This document shows, piece after piece, positions 8,868-19,155 of a stretch of DNA of 64,000 bases. How positions within the stretch are numbered: the stretch's first letter is position 1; the number at the start of each line of letters is the position of its first letter. The notes beneath the pieces were generated by a model. That model did no database searches. It saw only the letters and a list, made by a program, of their open reading frames with translations, and was not told where the DNA came from. The stretch is from Chryseobacterium sp. 39-10 (GTDB lineage: Bacteria > Bacteroidota > Bacteroidia > Flavobacteriales > Weeksellaceae). The stretch is taken from positions 95,896 through 159,895 of the forward strand of contig MKTK01000010.1 in NCBI GenBank assembly GCA_001898255.1, read 5' to 3'. The translations under genes were made by a program, and so were the position numbers.

Positions 8868-10481
8868 TTATTGTTGCTCTCTTTTTGTTCGCTGTTTCAG
8901 GAATTGCACATACCAAGCACAGATTACCGCATTGTAATTTTTAAAATCCCTGAATTTTGCTCTATTACATTTCTCCACAAACTTCAACATGCTTTTGGTG
9001 AGCTCTCTATAATAAGGCCAGTCTGCATTATTAATACGATTTAGCACCATTTTCCAAGGAAAAAAATAACGTACTCTATCTTTAATCTGTTGAAGCAAAA
9101 CCTTCAATGTACCAGTTTTCAATTCCTTCTCCTGAAAATGAATATGATAAGGTTCGAAAAATTTCTCTTCAAGCACATGATCATAAAGCATTTTATGCTC
9201 ACGAAACTGCATTGGAACTTTCCGGAAAAATTTAACTAAACGCTGATCCCAAAGTAAAAAATAATGTTCAAAACCAAAAAAATTAAATACTTGTGATGAG
9301 TGAAAAATAAATTTGGCCAACTTCTCACGAATATCCCATTCTTCAACGGCAATATTATAATCGCCGATACGTTTTGCATGACCAATTGATTGCAATGATT
9401 GGCTAATTCTCTTTTCTATCTGCATTCGCTTTCTGCGGTCTTTTCGTACAAAAATGAAGTACTTCGATGCGATAAAATGTGGAAGTTGATTTAATTCTAA
9501 ATGATTTTTCACCGTCTTCAAAACATAACTGCCACCTAAAAAATCACCGGAATGTCCCGGAATAAAAACCGAATCCTTAGGAATTCTGCTATCTTTCAAC
9601 AATTGAGCAACTGCAAAATACTCCATTAAATAAGGCATTGAAAAACCATTGGCAGCAAAATGCAAATAATTTTCGTAATTTTTTTCACTTTGTATTTCCT
9701 CTATATTCAAGGTGGAATAATCAACAAAAAACCATTCAAAGCCAAGTGTTTGCGCAACCTTTTTACTGATGGAAACCTCAGGATTAATCGTCCCGTACGT
9801 GATGCAGATTACTTTTTGATAGTTCAATCTTTTAAGTAAGGCAACGATAAGTCTAGAATCGTAACCACCGCTGAGCGGAACAACAGCCGTTCTGCCATTC
9901 AAAAATTTTATCAATCGTTGTCCGGCATTCAACATCTCTGCTTCGAATTGTGTGGAGAGATCAGCCAGAGAATCCGTAGAAAAATTCGTACTCAAAAAAT
10001 CCTGATACTGCACTGCTTCAGGATTCGCACTGCTTAGTTTCAATACCTGACTGCCATTATTCTTAAAAACATTCTTGGCCAACGTCTCGGTACCCAAAAC
10101 AAAACCTGCTGTCTCAAACTCGTCTATCGCCTCGGTATTTAAATGAAAATCTCCCTGCAATTCCACCAGTTTTTCAAAACGATCAGAAATAACATAACGA
10201 TTTTTCTCGTTGATGTAAAAAAGCGGATAAAAGTTCATGGAATCAGCGGCCAACAAACAGGTTTCACCCTGATTGACAATAACAGAGAAAGAACCGTTCA
10301 TCTTTTGAACAACTTCAACTAAAGAGTTCGTTTTGAGTTTTTCCTGAATGTAGGCAACAGCATCAAGTCCGCGATAAAGCTGATCAGCATCATCAAAAAA
10401 ATAGCCGATAAAATGGACATCATCCAAATGAAACCATGGACAGGCATCGTTGCCGAATAAAAAAAATTCAAACTTCATCAT
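8868..10481 (-). CDS. Asparagine-synthase-like amidotransferase (glycan-associated)
   Basis: PP-loop PLSGGYDS, MNGSFSV and GHSGDFLGG; ATGA overlap with the flippase. Confidence 0.8.
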   Translation of the reverse strand: MMKFEFFLFGNDACPWFHLDDVHFIGYFFDDADQLYRGLDAVAYIQEKLKTNSLVEVVQKMNGSFSVIVNQGETCLLAADSMNFYPLFYINEKNRYVISDRFEKLVELQGDFHLNTEAIDEFETAGFVLGTETLAKNVFKNNGSQVLKLSSANPEAVQYQDFLSTNFSTDSLADLSTQFEAEMLNAGQRLIKFLNGRTAVVPLSGGYDSRLIVALLKRLNYQKVICITYGTINPEVSISKKVAQTLGFEWFFVDYSTLNIEEIQSEKNYENYLHFAANGFSMPYLMEYFAVAQLLKDSRIPKDSVFIPGHSGDFLGGSYVLKTVKNHLELNQLPHFIASKYFIFVRKDRRKRMQIEKRISQSLQSIGHAKRIGDYNIAVEEWDIREKLAKFIFHSSQVFNFFGFEHYFLLWDQRLVKFFRKVPMQFREHKMLYDHVLEEKFFEPYHIHFQEKELKTGTLKVLLQQIKDRVRYFFPWKMVLNRINNADWPYYRELTKSMLKFVEKCNRAKFRDFKNYNAVICAWYVQFLKQRTKREQQ

Positions 10482-11734
10482 GGGCGACGCTTAATTTTTT
10501 GGAGTAGGAGTTGAAAATCAGTTCTGGAAAAAAAGAAATCCTGAATCTTAAATGTAGTCAGTTGATAAAAGTTCCAAAATAAAATACCGGAAGACAACAG
10601 ATAAGAAACTGATGTCACGATGCAGCCCCCAACGATTCCCCATCTGGGTATGCAGTACCATGATGCAATAATGGTGAATACCAAGCCCACTAGTGATTTA
10701 ATATTCAAAATCCTGAGTTTATTGACCCCGGCAAAATAAAACCCCAAGACATTACTCACCGCAATTGCTAAAATCCCCGGCGAAAGCAAGATAATAATCT
10801 CTTTGGTCTGACTAAAATCTTTACCGAAAATCATGGCGTACAAGGAAGCGGGGATCAATAGCATTAAACCCAGCGAAACCAGGGTGACCAAAAAGCTGAT
10901 CTTCATCGAAATCTTTGTTTTTAGGATGGCGTCTTCCTTATGTTCGCTGTTGATGATATCGGCATACAGAACTAGTGCAAGTGTTCTGCTCATGGTCCAG
11001 ATTGCTTCAGAGAAAGCCACACCCACCGAGAAAATACCAACGCTTGCGATGCCCTTGAAAAACTCAAGAAAATAATACGAAAGTCGGTTGTTAAGAAACT
11101 GCAAAAATGCGCTGAGTTGGGATTTCCAGCCGTAGCTGAAAAGTTGTGCTGCAATGTTTTTTGACAACTTAAATTCTGAAAGCTTATACAACCTAAAAAT
11201 CTGTATAAAGCTGATGATAAACAACAGGACGTAAGCTAAAATTTGAGCAACGAAATAGCCCGTAATATCTGTATAGTGAAGTACATTCACCATTCCCAAA
11301 ATAAATAGAAAATGAACCGCCAGCTGCAAAATAGTATAAAGGTTATACATCTTGATATGCTGCTTACCGACAAAAAGATTAATGTTGGTCGTGAGTAATG
11401 ACGTAAGTACCGATAAAGCGATCAGGTAAACCGTAAAAGACTGCGGATGTGCCCACGATAAAAGAAGTGGGGTCACTATTCCAGAAACTATCGACCACGA
11501 ATAGGCATGGAAAAGAATAGTTCCCGTTTGAAATTTCGAGGAGAAAAAACTCACAGATCCACCTGCAAAAATATTGCTCAGAAACATGATGACCGCCAAA
11601 TCTGCTGTAACAATAGACACCACACCCTTTCCTGCGCTCCCCCATACGTTCGTTGTATAGATAATGAGGCCGAAACTCAGGATCAGAATTAAAAACCGAG
11701 ACAGAAAAGTCTGTAAAATCGTTTTATACTTCAA
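10478..11734 (-). CDS. Wzx/MATE-type polysaccharide flippase
   Basis: About 12 TM helices, LQFLNNRL motif. TTG start 1 nt after the glycosyltransferase stop assumed (ORF track 11758). Confidence 0.85.
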   Translation of the reverse strand: MKYKTILQTFLSRFLILILSFGLIIYTTNVWGSAGKGVVSIVTADLAVIMFLSNIFAGGSVSFFSSKFQTGTILFHAYSWSIVSGIVTPLLLSWAHPQSFTVYLIALSVLTSLLTTNINLFVGKQHIKMYNLYTILQLAVHFLFILGMVNVLHYTDITGYFVAQILAYVLLFIISFIQIFRLYKLSEFKLSKNIAAQLFSYGWKSQLSAFLQFLNNRLSYYFLEFFKGIASVGIFSVGVAFSEAIWTMSRTLALVLYADIINSEHKEDAILKTKISMKISFLVTLVSLGLMLLIPASLYAMIFGKDFSQTKEIIILLSPGILAIAVSNVLGFYFAGVNKLRILNIKSLVGLVFTIIASWYCIPRWGIVGGCIVTSVSYLLSSGILFWNFYQLTTFKIQDFFFSRTDFQLLLQKIKRRP

Positions 11735-11735
11735 G

Positions 11736-12866
11736 TTATTGCAGGGCTTTTTTGACAAATTTCACAAAAGAATCACTTATTTTTCTCCAATTGCATTGCA
11801 TTAAAAACAGACTTCTGCCGCGCTTTGCATGCTGCATATAAAGTGCAGGATCGTCAATATAATTCAGCACAATATCGGCAATTTTTTCTGAATCTTCAGG
11901 ATGAACCAAATGACCAAAAGCGGAAATATCCATTTTATTTTGAATGGCCTTAAGCGCTGTATAAATCACCGGCTTACCAGCGCCTGCATAGTAAAAAATC
12001 TTGATCGGAAAGCTTCTGCTGTACTCTCTGTTATTCTCTCGGAGATCAAAGCACAAATCAGCACTGGCCAATGCATTTGTAAATTCAACAAAGGGAACTT
12101 GCTCGCGAATTTCAATATCGCTGAAATTATACTCTTCTAATAGTGCTGAGAAATACTGCTCATCTGATTTTCTTTTTGGGCGGCCAATGATCAGCACAGA
12201 AACCTTTAATGACGGACGTTTCTTTTGGAGTGCCGCTATTGCTTTAAAGAAATTCCCAATACCATCTTCTTCCGAAATTCTGCCGGTGTAGCATAAACGA
12301 ATAGCGTTCGGCGTTAATTCTTTAACATGATCCGCAACATATTTCTCGTCCGGATAATAACCCAGATCAAGGGATTTTTTCCAGGGGAAAAGTTGCGCCA
12401 AAGGAAACTTCTTGTTGTCTTCTCCAAAAATAAAATGACTACTCAGGAAGCCGGCATACCCCTGAATGAGGAAAAACTTGACGGCATGAAAAAACTTTGT
12501 AAAACCCTTATATTGCTGCAACATCCGGTACGACGGATACCATTCGGTAATATCGTACATCAGCGGAATTTTTGACTTGGATCGGTATGCTTTCGCCGCC
12601 ATCACCGCAAGCGGTTCAGATGCAATAATGGCGTCAGGTTGAAAAGCGTTAATTACATTTTGAAAAGCAGCTATTTTTTGTTTTGCCGATTGTTGCAGAA
12701 TCGAACTTGAATCGATTTCTACACCGTCAATGGTGCCCGAGAACGCACTGTTTAAACTGCAAATCTTGACCTGAAAACCATTTTGCTGCAATGTTTTTGC
12801 CTGATGAAAAAAAATTCGGTCATCATCAAATTTATGAGCAGTCGTCAGGAAAAGGATTTTAGCCAT
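11736..12866 (-). CDS. GT-B (GT4-like) glycosyltransferase
   Basis: HKFDDDRIF N-terminus and FPIKIFYYAGAGKPVI donor-binding region. Confidence 0.88.
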   Translation of the reverse strand: MAKILFLTTAHKFDDDRIFFHQAKTLQQNGFQVKICSLNSAFSGTIDGVEIDSSSILQQSAKQKIAAFQNVINAFQPDAIIASEPLAVMAAKAYRSKSKIPLMYDITEWYPSYRMLQQYKGFTKFFHAVKFFLIQGYAGFLSSHFIFGEDNKKFPLAQLFPWKKSLDLGYYPDEKYVADHVKELTPNAIRLCYTGRISEEDGIGNFFKAIAALQKKRPSLKVSVLIIGRPKRKSDEQYFSALLEEYNFSDIEIREQVPFVEFTNALASADLCFDLRENNREYSRSFPIKIFYYAGAGKPVIYTALKAIQNKMDISAFGHLVHPEDSEKIADIVLNYIDDPALYMQHAKRGRSLFLMQCNWRKISDSFVKFVKKALQ

Positions 12867-12913
12867 GTTCAATTCTGGAAATCATGCATTACAAAAATAG
12901 TTTATTTTGAATG

Positions 12914-12950
12914 AAAAAACCCTTTCCACACGCAAAATGCAGAAAGGGTA
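12914..12950 (-). terminator. Intrinsic terminator
   Basis: ACCCTTTC/GAAAGGGT stem with U-tract on the minus strand. Confidence 0.6.
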
Positions 12951-12969
12951 AATTTTTATTAGCTGTGGT

Positions 12970-13461
12970 TTACCGTACGTAAAATTCGGCCCAACTTCTT
13001 TTCAGAGGCAGTAAAAAATCACTCAAAAACGACACATAAGAACTCTTCGAAAAATCAAAAACTTCGATGTCCTGCGCAATGGATCCGTCTTTCAGCCCAT
13101 TTTTAAAATCCTGTAGTTTCATGGTCTTGATTTCGCCATTCTGTACAAAGCTTGCTTTCATGCGATCAAAAAGTCCGAGTTCAAATTCCTGATCAATTTC
13201 CTTTATAAGTGCGCCAAGCGCATCAATGGAACAACCTGATGCAGCTTCTTTTTCCTCGTCAACACAAATGACGATAAACTGATTCTTCTCGATTTTAAAT
13301 GACGACGACAGTGGCTTGCCATGGGCAGCCCAACTCGCAAGGAAGTCGTAGAGTTTCTCTGTGATTACTTTCGCTTCTTTAGTGGTAAACGCACGAGATG
13401 CGGGGTAAATAATTACCCGATAATCGTTGGTTTCCACAATACTTGATTCTTCTATTTTCAT
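12970..13461 (-). CDS. Conserved Bacteroidota hypothetical protein (no ATPase motifs)
   Basis: WAAHG and ASGCSID motifs; co-oriented downstream of the Fe-S genes. Confidence 0.75.
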   Translation of the reverse strand: MKIEESSIVETNDYRVIIYPASRAFTTKEAKVITEKLYDFLASWAAHGKPLSSSFKIEKNQFIVICVDEEKEAASGCSIDALGALIKEIDQEFELGLFDRMKASFVQNGEIKTMKLQDFKNGLKDGSIAQDIEVFDFSKSSYVSFLSDFLLPLKRSWAEFYVR

Positions 13462-13484
13462 TTTAATTCTATTTGAATTGGTTT

Positions 13485-14270
13485 TTACAGATCTTCGGCT
13501 TCTGCTAAAAGTTCTGCAATATCTTTTACAGCCACTTCATCATTTTTGTTGAAATGCTTCACGCCATCAGTCATCATCGTCATACAGAACGGACAACCGG
13601 TTGCAATGACATCTGGTTTTTCCTGCAATGCTTCTTCGGTGCGCTCGATGTTGATATCTTTGTTTCCTTTTTCCGGTTCCTTAAACATTTGGGCTCCACC
13701 TGCACCACAACACAATCCGTTGGATTTGCATCTTTTCATTTCCACCAATTCAGCATCCAGTTTATTCAAAAGTTCTCTTGGTGCTTCGTACTCGTCGTTT
13801 CCTCTACCCAAATAGCAGGGATCATGGAACGTTATTTTTTTTCCTTTAAAGCTTCCGCCTTCCACTTTCAGGCGACCATCGTTCATTAATTGTTTCAAAA
13901 ACTGCGTGTGGTGCATCACTTCGAAATGACCGCCCAGCGATGGATATTCGTTCTTCAAAGTATTAAAACAGTGCGGACAAGCTGTAACGATTTTCTTTAC
14001 TTCATAAGCGTTCAGAATTTCGATGTTGGTAAGTGCCATCATTTGGAAAACGAATTCGTTTCCTGCCCGTTTTGCAGGATCGCCGGTGCAGGATTCTTCC
14101 TGTCCCAACACCGCAAACTCCACATTAATTTTATTGAGGATTTTGCAAAATGCACGTGTAATCTTCTTCGCACGGTCATCGAAACTTCCGGCACAACCTA
14201 CCCAAAAAAGCACTTCGGGTGCTTTGCCTTCGGCGGCATATTCAGCTATTGTTTTTATCGTGAAATCCAT
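13485..14270 (-). CDS. CCG-domain Fe-S protein (HdrB/GlpC-like)
   Basis: WVGCAG, ESCTG, TACPHC, HDPCYLGR, CCGAGG and TGCPFC motifs. Confidence 0.92.
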   Translation of the reverse strand: MDFTIKTIAEYAAEGKAPEVLFWVGCAGSFDDRAKKITRAFCKILNKINVEFAVLGQEESCTGDPAKRAGNEFVFQMMALTNIEILNAYEVKKIVTACPHCFNTLKNEYPSLGGHFEVMHHTQFLKQLMNDGRLKVEGGSFKGKKITFHDPCYLGRGNDEYEAPRELLNKLDAELVEMKRCKSNGLCCGAGGAQMFKEPEKGNKDINIERTEEALQEKPDVIATGCPFCMTMMTDGVKHFNKNDEVAVKDIAELLAEAEDL

Positions 14271-14343
14271 ATCTTATTTTGCCATTTACTCATGTAACAG
14301 TTGGAGAACATTGCTACATTTTTAAATTTATAACATTGTTATC

Positions 14344-15672
14344 TTATTCTTTTGCCCAATTCAAACGGTCTGCCTGATTATATTGCCAAGGTGCAGCATT
14401 GTTTTCTACATTGGTCATCATCAGATTCAATTCTTGCGGAGCTGCAGATTGCTCCATCACCAGGAATCTCCTCATCTCAAAAATAATAGACAATGGATCG
14501 ATGAGTACAGGACAAGCTTCTACACAGGCATTACAGGTGGTGCATGCCCACAGTTCTTCGTTGGTTATGTAATCATTTAGAAGTTTTTTGCCATCATCCA
14601 CAAACTTACCTCCGTTTTTGTTAATGTTTCTTCCTACTTCTTCTAAACGATCCCGTGTTTTCATCATAATAAGGCGAGGTGAAAGCTTTTTACCCGTAAT
14701 ATTGGCCGGACAAACAGCGGTACACCTTCCACATTCGGTACAGGAATATGCATTAAGCAACTGCACCTGATTCAGATCAAAAATATCGCTTGCGCCAAAC
14801 TTCTCAGGAACAGCAGTTTCCCCTTCTGGTGGAGCTGCATAAGGATCAGCATTGGGATCCATCATCAATTTAATCTCCTGCGTTACCGAAGCCAAATTAT
14901 TGAACTTTCCTTTGGGCTGCAGATTAGCAAACCACGTATTGGGAAACGCCAAAATGATGTGAAGATGCTTTGAATAATACAGATAATTCATAAAAAAAAG
15001 CACACCCAATATATGAAACCACCACGCAGCACGCTCTGTAAAGATCAAAAAACCATCACTAAAATGCTGAAAAACTGGCCCCATCAAATGGGAAGAAACG
15101 GGGAAACTTCCGTGTTCAGGAAAGACACCTCTTTGTTGAAGCACCCAATCGGCGGCATTCATCTTGAAGAAAGCTATCATTAAAGCAAATTCGATGACTA
15201 AAATCCAGTTGGCATCATGTTTTGGCCAACCGAAAAGCTCTTTCATCGTTAATCTTTTTACGCCATAAAAGTTTCTTCTTATAAAAAAAATGACAACGGC
15301 GAAAACCACCAAGAATGCCAATATCTCTAAAGTTGCGGTAAATATATTGTAGAGCGAGTGCCCTAAAACCTGAGACAAAACACGATGAGTCCCGAAGATA
15401 CCATCGATCATGATTTCGATGAGTTCCAGATTGATGATGACAAAACCAACGTACACAAAAATGTGTAGAATTCCGGCAATAGGTCGTTTGGTCATTTTAC
15501 TTTGCCCCATTGCCACTTTTGCCATGGTTTTCCATCGTTCCGAAGGATGATCGGTTCTATCAATGGTTTTGCCAAGTTTAATATTGCGGTAGATCTCTTT
15601 TAAACTTCTAAAAAAAAGGCCGAAACCTATCGCAATAGCGATGATGAAAAGGATATTGTCAACATATTGCAT
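14344..15672 (-). CDS. Membrane Fe-S oxidoreductase (NarI/DsrM-like TM domain plus 2x[4Fe-4S])
   Basis: TM helices, CTECGRCTAVCP and CTTCNACVEACP. Confidence 0.92.
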   Translation of the reverse strand: MQYVDNILFIIAIAIGFGLFFRSLKEIYRNIKLGKTIDRTDHPSERWKTMAKVAMGQSKMTKRPIAGILHIFVYVGFVIINLELIEIMIDGIFGTHRVLSQVLGHSLYNIFTATLEILAFLVVFAVVIFFIRRNFYGVKRLTMKELFGWPKHDANWILVIEFALMIAFFKMNAADWVLQQRGVFPEHGSFPVSSHLMGPVFQHFSDGFLIFTERAAWWFHILGVLFFMNYLYYSKHLHIILAFPNTWFANLQPKGKFNNLASVTQEIKLMMDPNADPYAAPPEGETAVPEKFGASDIFDLNQVQLLNAYSCTECGRCTAVCPANITGKKLSPRLIMMKTRDRLEEVGRNINKNGGKFVDDGKKLLNDYITNEELWACTTCNACVEACPVLIDPLSIIFEMRRFLVMEQSAAPQELNLMMTNVENNAAPWQYNQADRLNWAKE

Positions 15673-15691
15673 ATGAAGAGGTATTTAGCTT

Positions 15692-16642
15692 TTAGTTGGA
15701 ACTGTTCTTCCCAAACACCGAAAAATTGAGGTATCGTTTTGGGTTTTGCTTCAGATCAATAATCAGTTTATTGAGGTTTTGCGATGATTCATTAAGATTT
15801 TTGTAAAGTTCTTCATCTTTAGTGAGTTTACCAAGCGATCCTTCTCCATTCTGTATGCCTGTAATAACACCGTTCAATTTATCCGCGGTGATGCTCAGTT
15901 TATCGATGGCGTTATTCAGTTTGGCCACATCTACCTCATCAGCCACTTTTCCATATTTATCGATGGCTGTTCTCGCACTAACGGTAGCAAGGTTTGCATT
16001 GTCGAGCACTTTCTGAATGCGCGGATCACTACTCGCCAACAAAGAATTGGTTTGTTGCGAAGTACTTTCGAAGGACGCAACGGTTTTGTTGAGACTGGAA
16101 AGCAATGCTTTTATGGAGCGCTGATTGTCGGCATCGGTAATGAGATTGGCGTTATGCATCAAAGAATCAACTTTTTTCAATACTTCTTGCACCTGATCCT
16201 TTACAGGACCTACCTGCGAGGAAATATTATTCATCATCGATAGTTTAAATGCGCCTGTCAGTGTGTCGCCATCTTTAGCAATGGGTTGTCCGTATGCTAA
16301 ATTAATCCGCGTTTCTTTACCCGACATCAATCCCGGCTCAAAAATCTCGAGTGTAGATCTTTTCGAGAATTCAAACTTATCATCCACAATTACCTTCACC
16401 ACAAAATGGATTTTGCCATCCTTCTCAGTAACGGGTATAATTTTATCAACCTGCCCCACTTTTAATCCATTAATTGACACGGGGTTAGAAGCTGCCAAAC
16501 CTTCCACATTATCAAATTTTGCATAAAAAATATTGTCGGTGGTGAAAAGACTTTTACCTTTCATAAACTGAAAGAGAAAGATAAAACCTACAATGGCTAA
16601 AATGGCGATAAGACCAGCTTTTATTTCTTTGGTGAACTTCAC
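15692..16642 (-). CDS. mlaD: MlaD/MCE family protein
   Basis: N-terminal TM helix, GLAASNPVSINGLKVGQV MCE motif, GSLGKL helical tail. Confidence 0.88.
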   Translation of the reverse strand: MKFTKEIKAGLIAILAIVGFIFLFQFMKGKSLFTTDNIFYAKFDNVEGLAASNPVSINGLKVGQVDKIIPVTEKDGKIHFVVKVIVDDKFEFSKRSTLEIFEPGLMSGKETRINLAYGQPIAKDGDTLTGAFKLSMMNNISSQVGPVKDQVQEVLKKVDSLMHNANLITDADNQRSIKALLSSLNKTVASFESTSQQTNSLLASSDPRIQKVLDNANLATVSARTAIDKYGKVADEVDVAKLNNAIDKLSITADKLNGVITGIQNGEGSLGKLTKDEELYKNLNESSQNLNKLIIDLKQNPKRYLNFSVFGKNSSN

Positions 16643-16718
16643 TTTTTACTATTTTTAATGAAACAAATATACTATATTTTTAAATAAGCGTTTAAGCATG
16701 CATAACGGTAATGGCATC

Positions 16719-16748
16719 AAAAAAGCGACCTTTTTAAAAGTCGCTTTA
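16719..16748 (-). terminator. Terminator after the ppiD-like gene
   Basis: AAAGCGAC/GTCGCTTT stem. Confidence 0.75.
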
Positions 16749-16771
16749 TATTGATTGAGCACCGCAGTCGA

Positions 16772-18919
16772 TTATTGTTGTGACTGCTGGTTGTACACCT
16801 GAATTCGGTAATCATCTATTTTGGCATTATCTTGCAAGCTCTTCAAGAATAGCTGGCCAAACTGCTGCGAGTTTTGTCCCTGAATAGATTGGATTACTTG
16901 CTGCAAATCGCCTGGTTGCTTGTTCACCGTTTCAGATTTTTTCACCAATACATACACCCCGGTCATTCCTTCTACAGGATTGCTCAGTTTTCCTTTTGCC
17001 ACACCAAAAGCAGCACCGGCAACTTTGGGCTCCATGGCACCAGCAACTTGTGGGTTCAACATATTGACTTGCGCCGCTTGCTTGGTTGATGCAAACTGTT
17101 TAGCGACCTGATCCAGTGAAGTAGCTTTAGCAGCACTTAATTTTTCTTTAATCTGCTTAGCGATCAATTGATTTTTGACAATAGGTTCAATTTGATCACG
17201 AACAGCTTCAGGATCGGCTGTTCCAGCATCTTGAATTCCGTTCAGGAAGGCAACAATTCTGTCTCCAGTTCCGTCCACAGTAAAGATATCGGTATCACCT
17301 TTACTTCTTTTTTTATTGAAAGCCCAAGCAAGAACTTCCTGGTCCTTATCGGTTCCTAACCCTGGGATCTGCCCTTGGAACCTACCTAATTCCTTAGGAT
17401 TCAAAAAGTTGTAATTCGATTTTTTAGCAATATTGGCAAAATCGTTGAACGATTTACCTTGTACTTGCTGAATAAACTTGGTTGCTTTTGTGTACACTTC
17501 ATTTTCTGTCTTTTCTGATGGCTTGATGGTTTTTACCAAATTAGCCACCTTGTAAGTCATTGAACCAGATTTTTTATCCTCGATATTGATGATATGGTAA
17601 CCAAACTGCGTTTCCACCACCCCTGTTGCTCCTTTCCCGTTGCTGGCAAGGAAATGAAGAAACTCAGGAACGAAAGGTGTTGCAGGAGTTGTCCAACCTA
17701 CACTTCCACCCTGCGCTGCAGAACCAGGATCCGATGAGTATTTCAAAAACTCGGTAAACTTTGATGGATCTGCCTTTACAATGGCACCGATAGAATCTGC
17801 CAATTTTTTGGCTTGCTCTTTTGTACGGGTTACATCACCACCTGCCTGATTTCCTTTGTAAGAAACCAGAATATGTCTAGACAACGTAGAATCGGATGGT
17901 TTTTTATCCAACAATTTAGAAAGCACATAGAAATTCTGTTCTTTATAAGGTCCCCAAATCGTACCAACAGTTGCTGACGCTACTTTATCTTTAATTTCTG
18001 CCGGAAGTTGACTGGCTGAAAAATAAGTTGGGTTGTACTGCATATCTGAGTTCAGTGCCACAAACATTGAATCGTTGGTTGTATTATGGAAATTTTCTTT
18101 ACCACCGCTTGTTGCACTACCTTCGTTCAACAATTTGTTAATATCCTTTTGTGCTGCAGCATCATCTTCTGCACTAGCTGCCGCAGGGAAATAAACCAAA
18201 CCAAGGTTTCGGCTGGCCTCTCTTTTAAATTGAACGGGATGTTTCTTAATATAATCGGCTAAATCCTGAGTGGTCACTTTTACAGGATTTTTTTGTGCAT
18301 AGGCATCATAACCTATTTTCACAAAATCAATATCAGCAAGTTGATCGCGTTGCTTCATCATTTCCTCTGCTTCTTTCTTACCCACTGTGATGCCGGCAGA
18401 AACGTTGGCAAATACCTGGCGCGCCATCATTCTGTATTCCATTGCCTTTCTGGTTTTCAACCAGTTATTATACATTTCAACATTGGTTGATTTTAGTTCC
18501 TCAACTTGTTTTTTAATTTCTTGCACCTTAAAGTTACCTTTCGCATCAAAGTTTTCTTTATTTTGAGCAAACATGGGGTCATACTGTATTTGGTTCCAGA
18601 ACATATCGTCTGTAAGCTTCAGCCCCATTTTATCGAATTGTTGCGCAATAAGCTTAGACTGTACTGCAAGTTGCCATGCCTGTTCATCTAAACCAGTTGT
18701 GGGACGACCTTGTTGCTGCGCTTGTTGTTGCAGGATAAACAGCTGATCATCAAAATCTTCCTTGGTTACCTCGTCTCCATTTACTTTTCCGAAAACACCG
18801 GGTTTTGCTCCAAATAACTTTTCCAAACTATCTGGGTTTACTACGAATGCTAACATTGCAAGCGCAATAATTCCCATCAAAAGCCAAGGTTTGTTTCTAA
18901 TCTCTCCTAAAATTGCCAT
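16772..18919 (-). CDS. PpiD/SurA-like parvulin peptidyl-prolyl isomerase
   Basis: MAILGEIR start, SurA N-domain, SRHILV and ETQFGYHII parvulin motifs. Confidence 0.9.
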   Translation of the reverse strand: MAILGEIRNKPWLLMGIIALAMLAFVVNPDSLEKLFGAKPGVFGKVNGDEVTKEDFDDQLFILQQQAQQQGRPTTGLDEQAWQLAVQSKLIAQQFDKMGLKLTDDMFWNQIQYDPMFAQNKENFDAKGNFKVQEIKKQVEELKSTNVEMYNNWLKTRKAMEYRMMARQVFANVSAGITVGKKEAEEMMKQRDQLADIDFVKIGYDAYAQKNPVKVTTQDLADYIKKHPVQFKREASRNLGLVYFPAAASAEDDAAAQKDINKLLNEGSATSGGKENFHNTTNDSMFVALNSDMQYNPTYFSASQLPAEIKDKVASATVGTIWGPYKEQNFYVLSKLLDKKPSDSTLSRHILVSYKGNQAGGDVTRTKEQAKKLADSIGAIVKADPSKFTEFLKYSSDPGSAAQGGSVGWTTPATPFVPEFLHFLASNGKGATGVVETQFGYHIINIEDKKSGSMTYKVANLVKTIKPSEKTENEVYTKATKFIQQVQGKSFNDFANIAKKSNYNFLNPKELGRFQGQIPGLGTDKDQEVLAWAFNKKRSKGDTDIFTVDGTGDRIVAFLNGIQDAGTADPEAVRDQIEPIVKNQLIAKQIKEKLSAAKATSLDQVAKQFASTKQAAQVNMLNPQVAGAMEPKVAGAAFGVAKGKLSNPVEGMTGVYVLVKKSETVNKQPGDLQQVIQSIQGQNSQQFGQLFLKSLQDNAKIDDYRIQVYNQQSQQ

Positions 18920-19037
18920 TTTTTTGTATAATTTTATCAGTCTGCGAAAATACACATTTTTAAGAGATTAGAAAAAAAATTAAATATTTAATTTAGACCT
19001 GTATCATCAAAGCGGAAATTTTGTCTAAAAAACCACA

Positions 19038-19052
19038 TGGCATAATGCTTGT
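19038..19052 (+). promoter_or_regulatory. Possible sigma54 -24/-12 promoter of lon
   Basis: TGGCAT-AATGC-TTGT versus the consensus TGGCAC-N5-TTGC. Confidence 0.4.
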
Positions 19053-19129
19053 GAAAATAACCGCACATTCATCATTAACAAAGATCGGGCACACATCGCG
19101 CCAAGATCATGTATAACTATTATATTTAA

Positions 19130-19144
19130 ATGACAAATTGTCAT
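19130..19144. promoter_or_regulatory. Palindromic operator upstream of lon
   Basis: ATGACA-AAT-TGTCAT perfect 6-bp arms, 11 nt before the ATG. Confidence 0.5.
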
Positions 19145-19155
19145 TCCTTTATATT

